Notes: generated by a model not told the origin, from the sequence alone. DNA of 60,345 bases from Acidimicrobiia bacterium (GCA_049578105.1 JBAULI010000134.1:1-60345), one strand, 5' to 3'. Shown: positions 9,801 through 16,545, counted from the stretch's first letter. Translations and numbers: made by a program.

Positions 9801-9904
9801 ACGGTGGTCGTCTTTCCGGTGCCCGCTCCCGCCCTGATCCGCATGCTCTGCGGGCCACGGGCCAATATCCGCTCCTGCTCCCCGGATGGCCGAATCTCGA
9901 TCAT
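6833..9904 (-). CDS. adnB: ATP-dependent helicase-nuclease subunit AdnB (UvrD-like motor plus RecB-type nuclease)
   Basis: 1023 aa. Walker A GAGTGKTT, DEYQDTNP (motif II), TVHRAKGLEWE and YVAATRAR helicase motifs. C-terminal PD-(D/E)XK block GRIDAVY...WEIVDFKSG, plus Cys at YAQCPKRF and CRHCDFLRFC. Second gene of the pair, with the start overlapping the adnA stop (ATGA). Confidence 0.75.
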   Translation of the reverse strand: MIEIRPSGEQERILARGPQSMRIRAGAGTGKTTTVAMVIANLVANHGIDPERVLGITFTNKAAAELAERVKLFLGEEIDEGRQAEVHTYHGFAAQILGEFGALAGLRGPLRVITPTFSRQILTESFQHTSYEHLDITYSGGVDKIRLLGDRLGDHLLMPVDLLGSARPDDDIWAKRLEMLETLSRYELDKRRLGVVDYSDLVTLSHRLMEDNPDLAKEIQRRYQTVVLDEYQDTNPAQRALLTTIFATGVPVIAVGDEDQTIYEWRGASAENFEQFPDHFRNIGGVPADTLSLTLNRRSADPILHIANQIRKRANPEAPDLISQDPEAPGVVITHWATDAIAEADWIARRLESLHQDGTPWSEMAVLFRKNKDFAVVVDSMSRHDIPVEVANLGGLLSVPEVGELRSWLSILERPQDSGALTQILFGSRYRLGLADLAPLTNWLIDRSRDDRDLDLDADDIPAVSLLEAIEHLDDVTDLRPEARPALAHFLDTYRGLLGEIQGMSLVETARLTLDRIRAWQDIEALPPSQRTTARLNLYRLLDLTEDWSPLVGRPSLGAFLDYLDAMEDEPAEELDSAHLSGEDAVTLVTVHRAKGLEWEVVVIPAVTEKSFPGQSQQYPDPLRFAEYLPPEFRIDEVLDDMPLDEAGRKEYFKARNDLQEWRVAYVAATRARSTLIVTGAYWYGLPEPSTTAKKPSALFNMIEEDERTIVEGHAEETPRPELLITTDEGVTPDPLFVEGWDGALRRAIDDEGYPATLARDLGHENEMRRRAEATIQTLFDLATVETASAVGPERRQVSVTGLVTYAQCPKRFFWSEVDPLPRRRNPAATAGTELHRKIELYQRGQVPFEEMRPDMYDAIGDGGIVGGGFEAFESSRYGKRSATLVESPFNLVLSNDYEVRGRIDAVYIDGGSWEIVDFKSGRPSDDPARVVQLEAYAVAAVQVDFGPPMPEEVTVSFVYLGGGLEVSSRPADAEWRRQAKTHLEDLTDAIEAGRFDATPGPWCRHCDFLRFCGPGLQEVSGE

Positions 9905-12858
9905 GGGACGAACGCCCCCTTGCCTTCCGGCCAGGCCGGACAGGAGAGTCGGAAGTCACACCGCATGCACCGATCGCTGACCCTCGGCTCCCAGGTCTCG
10001 GATGTGATTGCCCTGGTCACCTCTTCCATCACCTGCCGGAGATCGTCGGAGTGGCTCATGTCGAGTTTTCGGACCGAGACGGTCTTGGCATTGGTCCTCG
10101 GGAACCACATCTCGGCTTCGACCACGGGCTCCCCCATCTCGTCGGTCACTGCGGCCGCATAGAACCCGAGCTGAATCGACTGCCCGGCGTCGGCGATCGT
10201 CGGTGCGTTCTTGGAGGTCTTGTAGTCGATGACACGCAGCCCCTTGGGGGCCCGCTCCAACCGATCGATGTACCCGAGCCAGGGAACTCCGTCGACCGTC
10301 ATCTCAACACGACGCTCCACCTCTAGGGGGATCCCATCGGGTGTCGGCCAGTTCTCGTAGAGCTTGGTCATCGCCTCACGGGCGTGTCTCAGCCATGCCT
10401 CGTTGAGCTGGGGCGTGCCGAAGTCTGCATCCCCCCAAACCGCCTCGAGCTGGCGCAGGGCGTCCTCGAGAGGAGCGTGTGACGCTCCGGTTCCGAGATT
10501 CTCCCGCTCCGCTCGCTCCAGCGCGGCGTGTACCAGTGTCCCGAATTGGGCGTACGGCGATGTCGAATTGCCCAGACGCATGCGCCGCTCGAGGGCATAT
10601 CGGCGCGGACAGCTCGTGTACGCGTCCGCCTGACTCGGCGAGAGACGGATCGACTCGGGGAGGATGGGTCGGTCCGGCCCCGGCGCTGGGACCCCGGCGA
10701 ACCGACCTGACTCCCACCAGACCCGGGGCGCTGAGGTGAGGACCTCGAGTGCGACGAGCCGATCCAGAGCCGCCGCCGCCGGGTCGAGCATCGTCCGGCG
10801 AAGCTGGACTTCGGCCTCTCCGATGGTCACAGCCGGCCGTTCTTCCTCGACCGGTGGTCCGGGCCGGGCGGCTCCCGGGCCTGCGGCGGCGAGGAGGAAT
10901 CGGGACGGTCGATGTTCGCCCTGGTCGACTCCCGCCTCGGTGGCGGTCCACACCACCCGGTTCTTGGCTCGAGTCATGGCCGTGTAGGCGAGACGCATCT
11001 CCTCCTGCACCTGAAAGAGGCTCTGGGCGCTGGGGTCGGTGGTTCGCTCCGGAGACAGCAATTCTGGGCGAAGCATTCGCCGGCCTCGTGTCAGGTCGGG
11101 GAAGACTCCTTCAACGGCGTTGGCGATGTAAACGACGTCGAACTCGAGGCCCTTTGCCTGATGGAGTGTGGTCAGCGTGACCCGGTCCCCATGCGGTTGG
11201 AACGACAGCAACGGCTCGGATTCGAAACCGTCTTCCTCGGTCAGGCGAAAGTAGCCCAGCAACGTCACGGACGAGTCTCGCTCGGCTTGACGATCCAGCA
11301 CCTGGGAGAAGGAGGTGAGAGCCAGACGCCAGTCGCTCCTTGCCGGGTCGTTCACGATCGAATCGATACCCTCGAGACTGTTCCACACATGCCAGAAGCC
11401 GTCGATGGCGGGGCGGTCGAGGGCCCACGCCGGGTCCTCCAGGAGCGCGGCGAGATTCGGGTGGGAAGGCAGGGCGCGTGCGACGACTTCGGGCCAGGGG
11501 TCCCATGTCCGACGCCGATCCCGAAGGATCTGACGCTCCTGGCCCAGACCGGCAGACACCAGCGGGCCGAGCATGATTCGCCGCATGGCCTGATCCGCCT
11601 CCGCTGCCTCTCCCGGGCTGACCACCGGGATGCTTCCGCCTGAGGTCGCGGCGATCACCAGGTCGTGGACGAGTCGGATGGCAGGATGCTCGACCAATCG
11701 TGAGTCCGGTGCGTCGTGGGGGATGTGCCGACGTGTGAGCGCCCGGCTCAGCTGATTGAGCATCTGGCGTTTGGACCTGACGAGGACGGCGACGTCCGAA
11801 GGCTTCTTGTTCTCGACGCGGATCGCATGCTCGATGTCCTTGGCGATCCACTCGGCCTCCGCCGTCTCCTGGTCGAATATGTGGCATTGGACGAAGCCGA
11901 CGTGGTCGGCAGCCTCCACCGGCCCGGCGGCACCGGGGAGATCGCCTCCGGAGACGACCCTGAGGGCAGAGCTCAGGATCTCGGCCGGAACCCTCTGACT
12001 CTTGGTGAGGACGATGCGGTGGGCGCTCGGGTGGGTCTCGGTGAACTCCGCCACGTTGCGGACTTCGGCGCCCCGAAATGAATAGATGGACTGGTAGGGG
12101 TCCCCTGCCACCGTCAGGTTCCCACCGGGGAGGGCGAGGAGTCGTGCCAGCTCCGCCTGGGCCGGGGACGTGTCTTGATACTCGTCCACCACCACGTATT
12201 CGAACCCCGAGGCCAGCTCCTTCCCTTGCGTGGTGGTCAACAGCGAGACTGCGGACACGAGCATCGTTCCGTAGTCGGTGCGATCGATGGAGGCCAGGAG
12301 GTCGCGATACTTCCGGAACAGACCCGGGATGCCTCGCCAGTCGGCACGTGAGCGAGCGCGTTCGCTCAGGTCATCCGGGGATAGGAGACGCTCGGAGCAC
12401 CTCATGAGGAAGTCGGCGATCTCGGCGGCGAAGGCGGGCGTATCCAGGATGCCCCTGTAGATCAACGGCCACTGCTCGGGATCTTCGGCTCGTAGCAGCT
12501 CGCCCACCAATGAGACTTGCTCTGGCGTCGTCAGTGGGACTGGCCTTGTGCCACCGCTCCCGGTCTCGAGCAGGCGAAGAGCGAGTGAGTGAAAAGTCGA
12601 TGCCTGAATCGGGATGCCGGAGCGGCCGAGAAGGTCTTGCACACGTCCCTTGATGTCGGCCGCCGCCCGTCGTGAGAAGGTGAGAACCGAGACCTGGTCC
12701 CTTCGAGCCCGGCCGCTCTGGATCAGATGGGCAACACGCCGGACCAGGAATTCCGTCTTCCCCGTCCCCGGGCCGGCGACCACCAACTGGTAACCGCTGC
12801 CCTCGGGTATGACCAAATCCCAGTCCTCGGGCGCGACCCGGGTCTCCCTCAACGACAC
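9901..12858 (-). CDS. adnA: ATP-dependent helicase-nuclease subunit AdnA (UvrD-like motor plus RecB-type nuclease)
   Basis: 985 aa. Walker A GPGTGKTE, DEYQDTSP, TLHQAKGLEFD and YTAMTRAK motifs. C-terminal nuclease block GYIDRLER...VIDYKTSK, plus Cys at YTSCPRRY and CMRCDFRLSC. GTG start. Confidence 0.75.
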   Translation of the reverse strand: MSLRETRVAPEDWDLVIPEGSGYQLVVAGPGTGKTEFLVRRVAHLIQSGRARRDQVSVLTFSRRAAADIKGRVQDLLGRSGIPIQASTFHSLALRLLETGSGGTRPVPLTTPEQVSLVGELLRAEDPEQWPLIYRGILDTPAFAAEIADFLMRCSERLLSPDDLSERARSRADWRGIPGLFRKYRDLLASIDRTDYGTMLVSAVSLLTTTQGKELASGFEYVVVDEYQDTSPAQAELARLLALPGGNLTVAGDPYQSIYSFRGAEVRNVAEFTETHPSAHRIVLTKSQRVPAEILSSALRVVSGGDLPGAAGPVEAADHVGFVQCHIFDQETAEAEWIAKDIEHAIRVENKKPSDVAVLVRSKRQMLNQLSRALTRRHIPHDAPDSRLVEHPAIRLVHDLVIAATSGGSIPVVSPGEAAEADQAMRRIMLGPLVSAGLGQERQILRDRRRTWDPWPEVVARALPSHPNLAALLEDPAWALDRPAIDGFWHVWNSLEGIDSIVNDPARSDWRLALTSFSQVLDRQAERDSSVTLLGYFRLTEEDGFESEPLLSFQPHGDRVTLTTLHQAKGLEFDVVYIANAVEGVFPDLTRGRRMLRPELLSPERTTDPSAQSLFQVQEEMRLAYTAMTRAKNRVVWTATEAGVDQGEHRPSRFLLAAAGPGAARPGPPVEEERPAVTIGEAEVQLRRTMLDPAAAALDRLVALEVLTSAPRVWWESGRFAGVPAPGPDRPILPESIRLSPSQADAYTSCPRRYALERRMRLGNSTSPYAQFGTLVHAALERAERENLGTGASHAPLEDALRQLEAVWGDADFGTPQLNEAWLRHAREAMTKLYENWPTPDGIPLEVERRVEMTVDGVPWLGYIDRLERAPKGLRVIDYKTSKNAPTIADAGQSIQLGFYAAAVTDEMGEPVVEAEMWFPRTNAKTVSVRKLDMSHSDDLRQVMEEVTRAITSETWEPRVSDRCMRCDFRLSCPAWPEGKGAFVP

Positions 12859-12874
12859 GCCATGGATCGTAGGC

Positions 12875-13036
12875 TCAGGCTGCAGAGGGCATATGGTCGA
12901 TCTCGGCGATCAACTCGCACTCGATGCCGAGGTCGGCCAGATAGGAGACCGGGTCGTCGAACGGATCGGGAACGCTGCGGTGTTGACTGGTGAGGTCGTT
13001 GGTTTGTCGGCTGTTGAAGATGATCGAATTGCTCAT
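12875..13036 (-). CDS. small hypothetical protein (53 aa) immediately upstream of adnA
   Basis: From the ATG at 13036: MSNSIIFNSRQTNDLTSQHRSVPDPFDDPVSYLADLGIECELIAEIDHMPSAA. Third-codon positions are mostly G/C as in neighbouring genes, and the stop lies 16 nt before the adnA start. No obvious SD and no recognised family. Confidence 0.3.
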   Translation of the reverse strand: MSNSIIFNSRQTNDLTSQHRSVPDPFDDPVSYLADLGIECELIAEIDHMPSAA

Positions 13037-13131
13037 GTGGGTCAAGGTACGGCCCGGGTGTGACAAGAAATCACGGCCGGCGCCCTCTTGCTTAGGATGG
13101 GCTGCGTGCGTCTAGTTGAACGGAGGATCCG

Positions 13132-14403
13132 GTGACCATATCCACCGGTCATGAGTTTGAGTCCCCGATGTACAACGAGGCATCGGCTCAATTCGATCGC
13201 GTCGCCAGGTTGATGGGGCTCGACGACAACGTCGCCGATCGGCTCCGGGTCCCACAGAAGTCGACGGTCGTGAGCTTCCCGTTCCGTCACGACAATTACT
13301 CGGAGGTCGACACCCTTTTTGGCTACCGGGTCCAGCACCTGACGACCATGGGGCCGACCAAAGGTGGGATTCGCTTCGCCTCCGACGTCGACCTGGGCGA
13401 GGTGGCGGCTCTGGCGATGCTGATGACATGGAAGTGCGCCATCGTCGGGGTCCCGTTTGGAGGGGCGAAGGGCGGGGTCCGCGTCGATCCGATGAGCCTG
13501 TCACGGGCAGAGCTGCAGAGGGTGACCCGCCGGTTCACCATGGAGATCATCAATGTCATTGGGCCGGAGACCGATATACCGGCTCCGGATCTGGGCACCA
13601 ATGAGCAGGTGATGGCCTGGCTCATGGACACCTACTCACAGCACGTGGGGCATTCGGTACCGGCGGTCGTGACCGGCAAGCCGCCGGCTCTGGGTGGCAG
13701 CGTGGCCCGACGTGAGGCAACGGGGCGCGGGCTGATGTTCCTCTTGCCCCAGGCGGCGGCCGTCCGCGACCTCGATCCCAAAGAGGCCACGGTTGCGGTG
13801 CATGGGTTTGGAAACGTGGGTCGCTACGCCGCCCTCGCCGGGCACCAGATGGGGATCAACATCGTCGCAGTCTCCGATATCTCCGGCGCCCTGTACAACC
13901 CTGACGGGTTGGACATCGACGCAGTCGGGAAGTGGGTCGACGACAACAGGTTTCTCGAGGGGTACCCCGACGCCGACTTCATCGAAGGCAGCAAGCTCTT
14001 CTCCCTGCCGGTCGACGTACTCGTCCCCGCGGCGATCCAGAACGTGATCCGCAAGGACAATGCGGGGGACATCCAGGCGAAGATCATCATCGAAGGTGCC
14101 AACGGCCCCACCACGATCGAGGCCGACGACATCCTCCGTGAGAGAGAGATCCTCGTGATTCCCGACATCCTGGCCAATGCCGGTGGCGTAACGGTCTCCT
14201 ACTTCGAATGGGTTCAGGACGTCCAGAAGTACTTCTGGACCGAGAACGAGATCGTGGCGAGGCTACGTGAGATCATGACGCGGGCCTTCAGCGACGTCCA
14301 CAACATCACCCTCAACGAGAACGTGGACATGCGCACCGCCGCATTGATCAAGGGGATACGCAAGGTTGCGGACGCCAAGCTGGTGCGGGGGATCTTCCCC
14401 TGA
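13132..14403 (+). CDS. Glu/Leu/Phe/Val-family dehydrogenase, most likely glutamate dehydrogenase
   Basis: 423 aa. Catalytic block VPFGGAKGGVRVDP, dinucleotide-binding VAVHGFGNVGRY, and C-terminal ANAGGVTVSYFEWVQ. GGAGGA sits 6 nt upstream of the GTG start. Confidence 0.9.
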   Translation: MTISTGHEFESPMYNEASAQFDRVARLMGLDDNVADRLRVPQKSTVVSFPFRHDNYSEVDTLFGYRVQHLTTMGPTKGGIRFASDVDLGEVAALAMLMTWKCAIVGVPFGGAKGGVRVDPMSLSRAELQRVTRRFTMEIINVIGPETDIPAPDLGTNEQVMAWLMDTYSQHVGHSVPAVVTGKPPALGGSVARREATGRGLMFLLPQAAAVRDLDPKEATVAVHGFGNVGRYAALAGHQMGINIVAVSDISGALYNPDGLDIDAVGKWVDDNRFLEGYPDADFIEGSKLFSLPVDVLVPAAIQNVIRKDNAGDIQAKIIIEGANGPTTIEADDILREREILVIPDILANAGGVTVSYFEWVQDVQKYFWTENEIVARLREIMTRAFSDVHNITLNENVDMRTAALIKGIRKVADAKLVRGIFP

Positions 14404-14410
14404 TCAGCGC

Positions 14411-14486
14411 CGCTGAAAGCTCTAATCATCTACGCCAAAGGCTCTAATCATCTCCGCTGAAAGCTCTAATCATCTCCGCCAAAGGC
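14411..14486. repeat. tandem direct repeat (22 bp units alternating in two variants, about 3.5 copies)
   Basis: Units: cgctgaaagctctaatcatcta / cgccaaaggctctaatcatctc / cgctgaaagctctaatcatctc / cgccaaaggc. The last copy is the true 3' end (FGGDD-stop) of the minus-strand nuclease gene. The other copies fill the spacer to the gdh stop. Confidence 0.9.
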
Positions 14487-15347
14487 GGGGCAAATCTCCT
14501 GGAACGAGCACCAATTGCACAGTGTCCCGGGGCGGGGTGGGAAGTTCTCACTCCTCATGGCACGCTCGATCGCATTCCAAAGTGCCCTGAGCTGGCTCTC
14601 CATGGCGTCCAATTGCCTCTCGTCGACTTCGAGGCGATACATGGTTGGCCCGTTCAGATAGAGCAGTCTCAGCTCCTTGGGTGTCTCGTTCAGCCGACGC
14701 CGAATGAGCAGCGCATAGATCTTCAAGGCGAAGAAAGCCGGTAAGGCAAAGCGCTCCGGCGGTGCCTTCCCGGTCTTGTAGTCGGTGATGATCAGCCGCC
14801 CGTCGATGTCACGGTCGATCCGGTCGAGAATCCCTCGGATGGTGATGCCATCGAGATCCTCGAGCATGTCGAGCTCGCGATCGACCGGCTCGAAGGAGGT
14901 TGGGTCCTCGATCCCGAAGTAGTTCGCCAACAGCTCGAGCGACTCGACACCCCATTGCCGCTCATCGTCGGTGTCCGGGAAGAGCGCTTCGAATTCCTCG
15001 TCACCACGCATCTCGGTCCAGGCGGCACGGAAGAGATCGAACAGGAGCTCCGGAGTCCGGTCGGCCGCAGGGTGATCGAAGAGCCTCTGTAGGGCGAGAT
15101 GAGCCGTGGTCCCCCTCGCCTGATAGACCGAAGTGGGCTCCGGCAGCCGCTCGATCGCTCGAAACTTGAACAACTGCGGACATGTCTTGAAGTCTCCGGC
15201 ACGGCTTGGCGAGAGGGTCTCGAGACGGGGCGGTTCCAAATCAACGGTCACGATGGCGAGTGTAAGGACGCCGTGTGACAGGATTCGGGGTTTCGTCGTC
15301 GAGCCAGGTCTGCCGGACACCGGAACGGCCCGGGCGCGCGAAAACAT
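14466..15347 (-). CDS. PD-(D/E)XK nuclease, RecB/Cas4-like exonuclease family
   Basis: LSPSRAGDFKTCPQLFKFRAIERLPEP at the N-terminus, nuclease core GILDRIDRD...LIITDYKTGK, and C-terminal CNWCSFQEIC. The start is uncertain: ATG at 15347 (maximal ORF) or GTG at 15251 (VTVDLEPPRLETLSPSRA). Confidence 0.7.
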   Translation of the reverse strand: MFSRARAVPVSGRPGSTTKPRILSHGVLTLAIVTVDLEPPRLETLSPSRAGDFKTCPQLFKFRAIERLPEPTSVYQARGTTAHLALQRLFDHPAADRTPELLFDLFRAAWTEMRGDEEFEALFPDTDDERQWGVESLELLANYFGIEDPTSFEPVDRELDMLEDLDGITIRGILDRIDRDIDGRLIITDYKTGKAPPERFALPAFFALKIYALLIRRRLNETPKELRLLYLNGPTMYRLEVDERQLDAMESQLRALWNAIERAMRSENFPPRPGTLCNWCSFQEICPAFGGDD

Positions 15348-15367
15348 CCCTTAGGACGCGAAAAACA
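15337..15367. promoter_or_regulatory. bipartite direct-repeat motif copy 1 (CGCGAAAAC-N11-CGCGAAAAACA)
   Basis: cgcgaaaac at 15337-15345 and cgcgaaaaaca at 15357-15367. Overlaps the most upstream candidate ATG of the nuclease gene. The same bipartite motif recurs at 15621-15652. Confidence 0.3.
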
Positions 15368-15512
15368 GTTCGTGATCCCGCTTGACGCTCGTTTCGGGCT
15401 CTCGTACCTTCCGATCACCAAATCCGGGGCAACCTGGAGTTGGGGAAGGAGAGGCTTCGGTCGCTCTGGATTGCCGCCCGACTGGGGGCCCGCTTTCCTG
15501 GTCGGTGGCACT

Positions 15513-15564
15513 GAGAGCCCCGAGAGGGCTGAGGCTTCGGCCAAAGCTCCCTCGGGGTTTCTCG
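15513..15564 (+). repeat. hairpin module copy A (~52 nt)
   Basis: gagagccccgagagggctgaggcttcggccaaagctccctcggggtttctcg. The outer 13-position stem 15518-30/15545-57 has one A-C mismatch. The inner stem GGC/GCC is capped by UUCG. Confidence 0.7.
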
Positions 15565-15620
15565 CGTTCGGACTCTTGTTGTCGCGCTCGAGACTCGAGA
15601 TTCGCCCGTCGGCGCCGGCT

Positions 15621-15652
15621 CGCGAAAACTGAGAATCCGATCGCGAAAAACA
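15621..15652. promoter_or_regulatory. bipartite direct-repeat motif copy 2 (CGCGAAAAC-N12-CGCGAAAAACA)
   Basis: cgcgaaaac at 15621-15629 and cgcgaaaaaca at 15642-15652. Same half-sites and near-identical spacing as copy 1, about 285 nt away. Confidence 0.3.
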
Positions 15653-16010
15653 ATCACGCTCTGAAGTTGCAAGGGTTGGGGCGAAGGTCTACTTTCCTCG
15701 TCACGCCAAAGGGGAGACCCGGCGGCGCCCCGAACAAACGGGTACGGGACGGTGAGAGCCGACCCGGGAAGAAACCCCGCAGTACGGGTTCCTGGCCAAA
15801 GGGAAACCAGAGGCTCAGGAGACCGGAGAACGACCGGGGATCCTTCGGGATCGTCGAGCAGTTACCGGTCAGCGGACTGAGGTCGCATTCGCCTGGAAAC
15901 GGGATGGAGGCACATCGCAGTTCGCAGGGGTGATCTTCGGATCGCTCCACCGGAGACTTCGGTCCCCGGAATCCGCTCGGAGTTGGGTCCCCGGCCCGAC
16001 ACCGACGGAC

Positions 16011-16063
16011 GAGAGTCCCGAGAGGGTTGAGACTTCGGTCGAGGCTCCCTCGGGGCTTTCTCG
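16011..16063 (+). repeat. hairpin module copy B (~53 nt)
   Basis: gagagtcccgagagggttgagacttcggtcgaggctccctcggggctttctcg. Same fold as copy A, with an inner GAC/GUC stem capped by UUCG. Confidence 0.7.
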
Positions 16064-16146
16064 TTTCTGGCCCGATCGTCTCGCCTACCTTTCACGTCGA
16101 CCATTGAATTCCGACGTGCGCGAGTCGCGGGGGATATGGTCCAGGT

Positions 16147-16545
16147 ATGTCGGCTGGCAACAAGACGATCGCCCGGGCGTGGTTCGACCAGGTGATGAAT
16201 GGGCGGGATATCTCCGCCATCGACCAGCTCTATTCCCATGACTACACCTATCGGGGGCCGGAGGGCCGCGTCGCGAGAGGTCTGGAGCAGGCCAAGGAAA
16301 TGGCTCAGATGCTCATCGAAGCGATGCCAGATCGGATGTCGATCGTCGAGGACCAGATAGCCGAAGGCGACAAGGTGGTCACGCGATGGGTCAGTCGTGG
16401 CACGCCGAGCGGGCCGTTGTTGGGCAGACCTGCCGACGGCAGGCGAATCGCCGTCCACGGCATCACCATCAGCCGGATCTCGGATGGGAAGATCGTCGAA
16501 GACTGGGAGATCTTGCGGATGGTGGAGGAGACCGATTCCGTCTGA
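16147..16545 (+). CDS. SnoaL-like / ester cyclase family protein
   Basis: 132 aa. NKTIARAWFDQVMNGRDISAIDQLYSHDY ... GRRIAVHGITISRISDGKIVEDWE matches the NTF2-fold SnoaL-like ester cyclase pattern. Confidence 0.7.
   Translation: MSAGNKTIARAWFDQVMNGRDISAIDQLYSHDYTYRGPEGRVARGLEQAKEMAQMLIEAMPDRMSIVEDQIAEGDKVVTRWVSRGTPSGPLLGRPADGRRIAVHGITISRISDGKIVEDWEILRMVEETDSV

Larger units (their letters stand above)
15350..16140 (+). ncRNA. candidate large structured non-coding RNA, unclassified (strand and ends tentative)
   Basis: No ORF here has protein-like composition. On the + strand there are six cUUCGg loops closed by complementary arms (loop cores 15455-60, 15535-40, 15843-48, 15935-40, 15957-62, 16033-38) and one GAAA-capped hairpin (15892-15903). 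Nested helices: 15678-83/15726-31 encloses 15686-90/15715-19, and 15821-26/15865-70 encloses 15839-52. Further helices are 15372-77/15413-18 and 15473-82/15501-09. Confidence 0.4.

Noticed and set aside
14411-14486. Whether the 22 bp tandem repeat is a mini CRISPR array.
   Set aside because: The units are directly adjacent with no spacers, there are only about 3.5 copies, no cas genes are present, and the unit is identical to the 3' end of the adjacent gene.
15382-15933. A 183 aa ORF, and other 60-200 aa ORFs on both strands, inside the 15350-16140 island.
   Set aside because: The peptide is Arg/Pro/Gly/Ser-rich (MTLVSGSRTFRSPNPGQPGVGEGEAS...RRRRLAKTENP), with no hydrophobic core pattern, no SD and no family resemblance. 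Several mutually overlapping ORFs of similar quality exist, which argues for non-coding sequence.
15350-16140. Whether the structured island is RNase P RNA, tmRNA or a cobalamin riboswitch.
   Set aside because: No GAGGAAAGUCCGG or ACAGAA.CCGGCUUA RNase P blocks on either strand (only a weak cgaggaaagtagac on the minus strand). No tRNA-like GGUUCGAUUCC...CCACCA end or tag reading frame for tmRNA. The segment aggctcaggagaccgg (15811-26) resembles a B12 box, but the obligatory GCCACUG core and GGGAA.CCGGUG.GAAUCCGG context are missing, and the neighbouring genes are unrelated to B12. This is judged from memory of the consensus sequences only; cmsearch is still needed.
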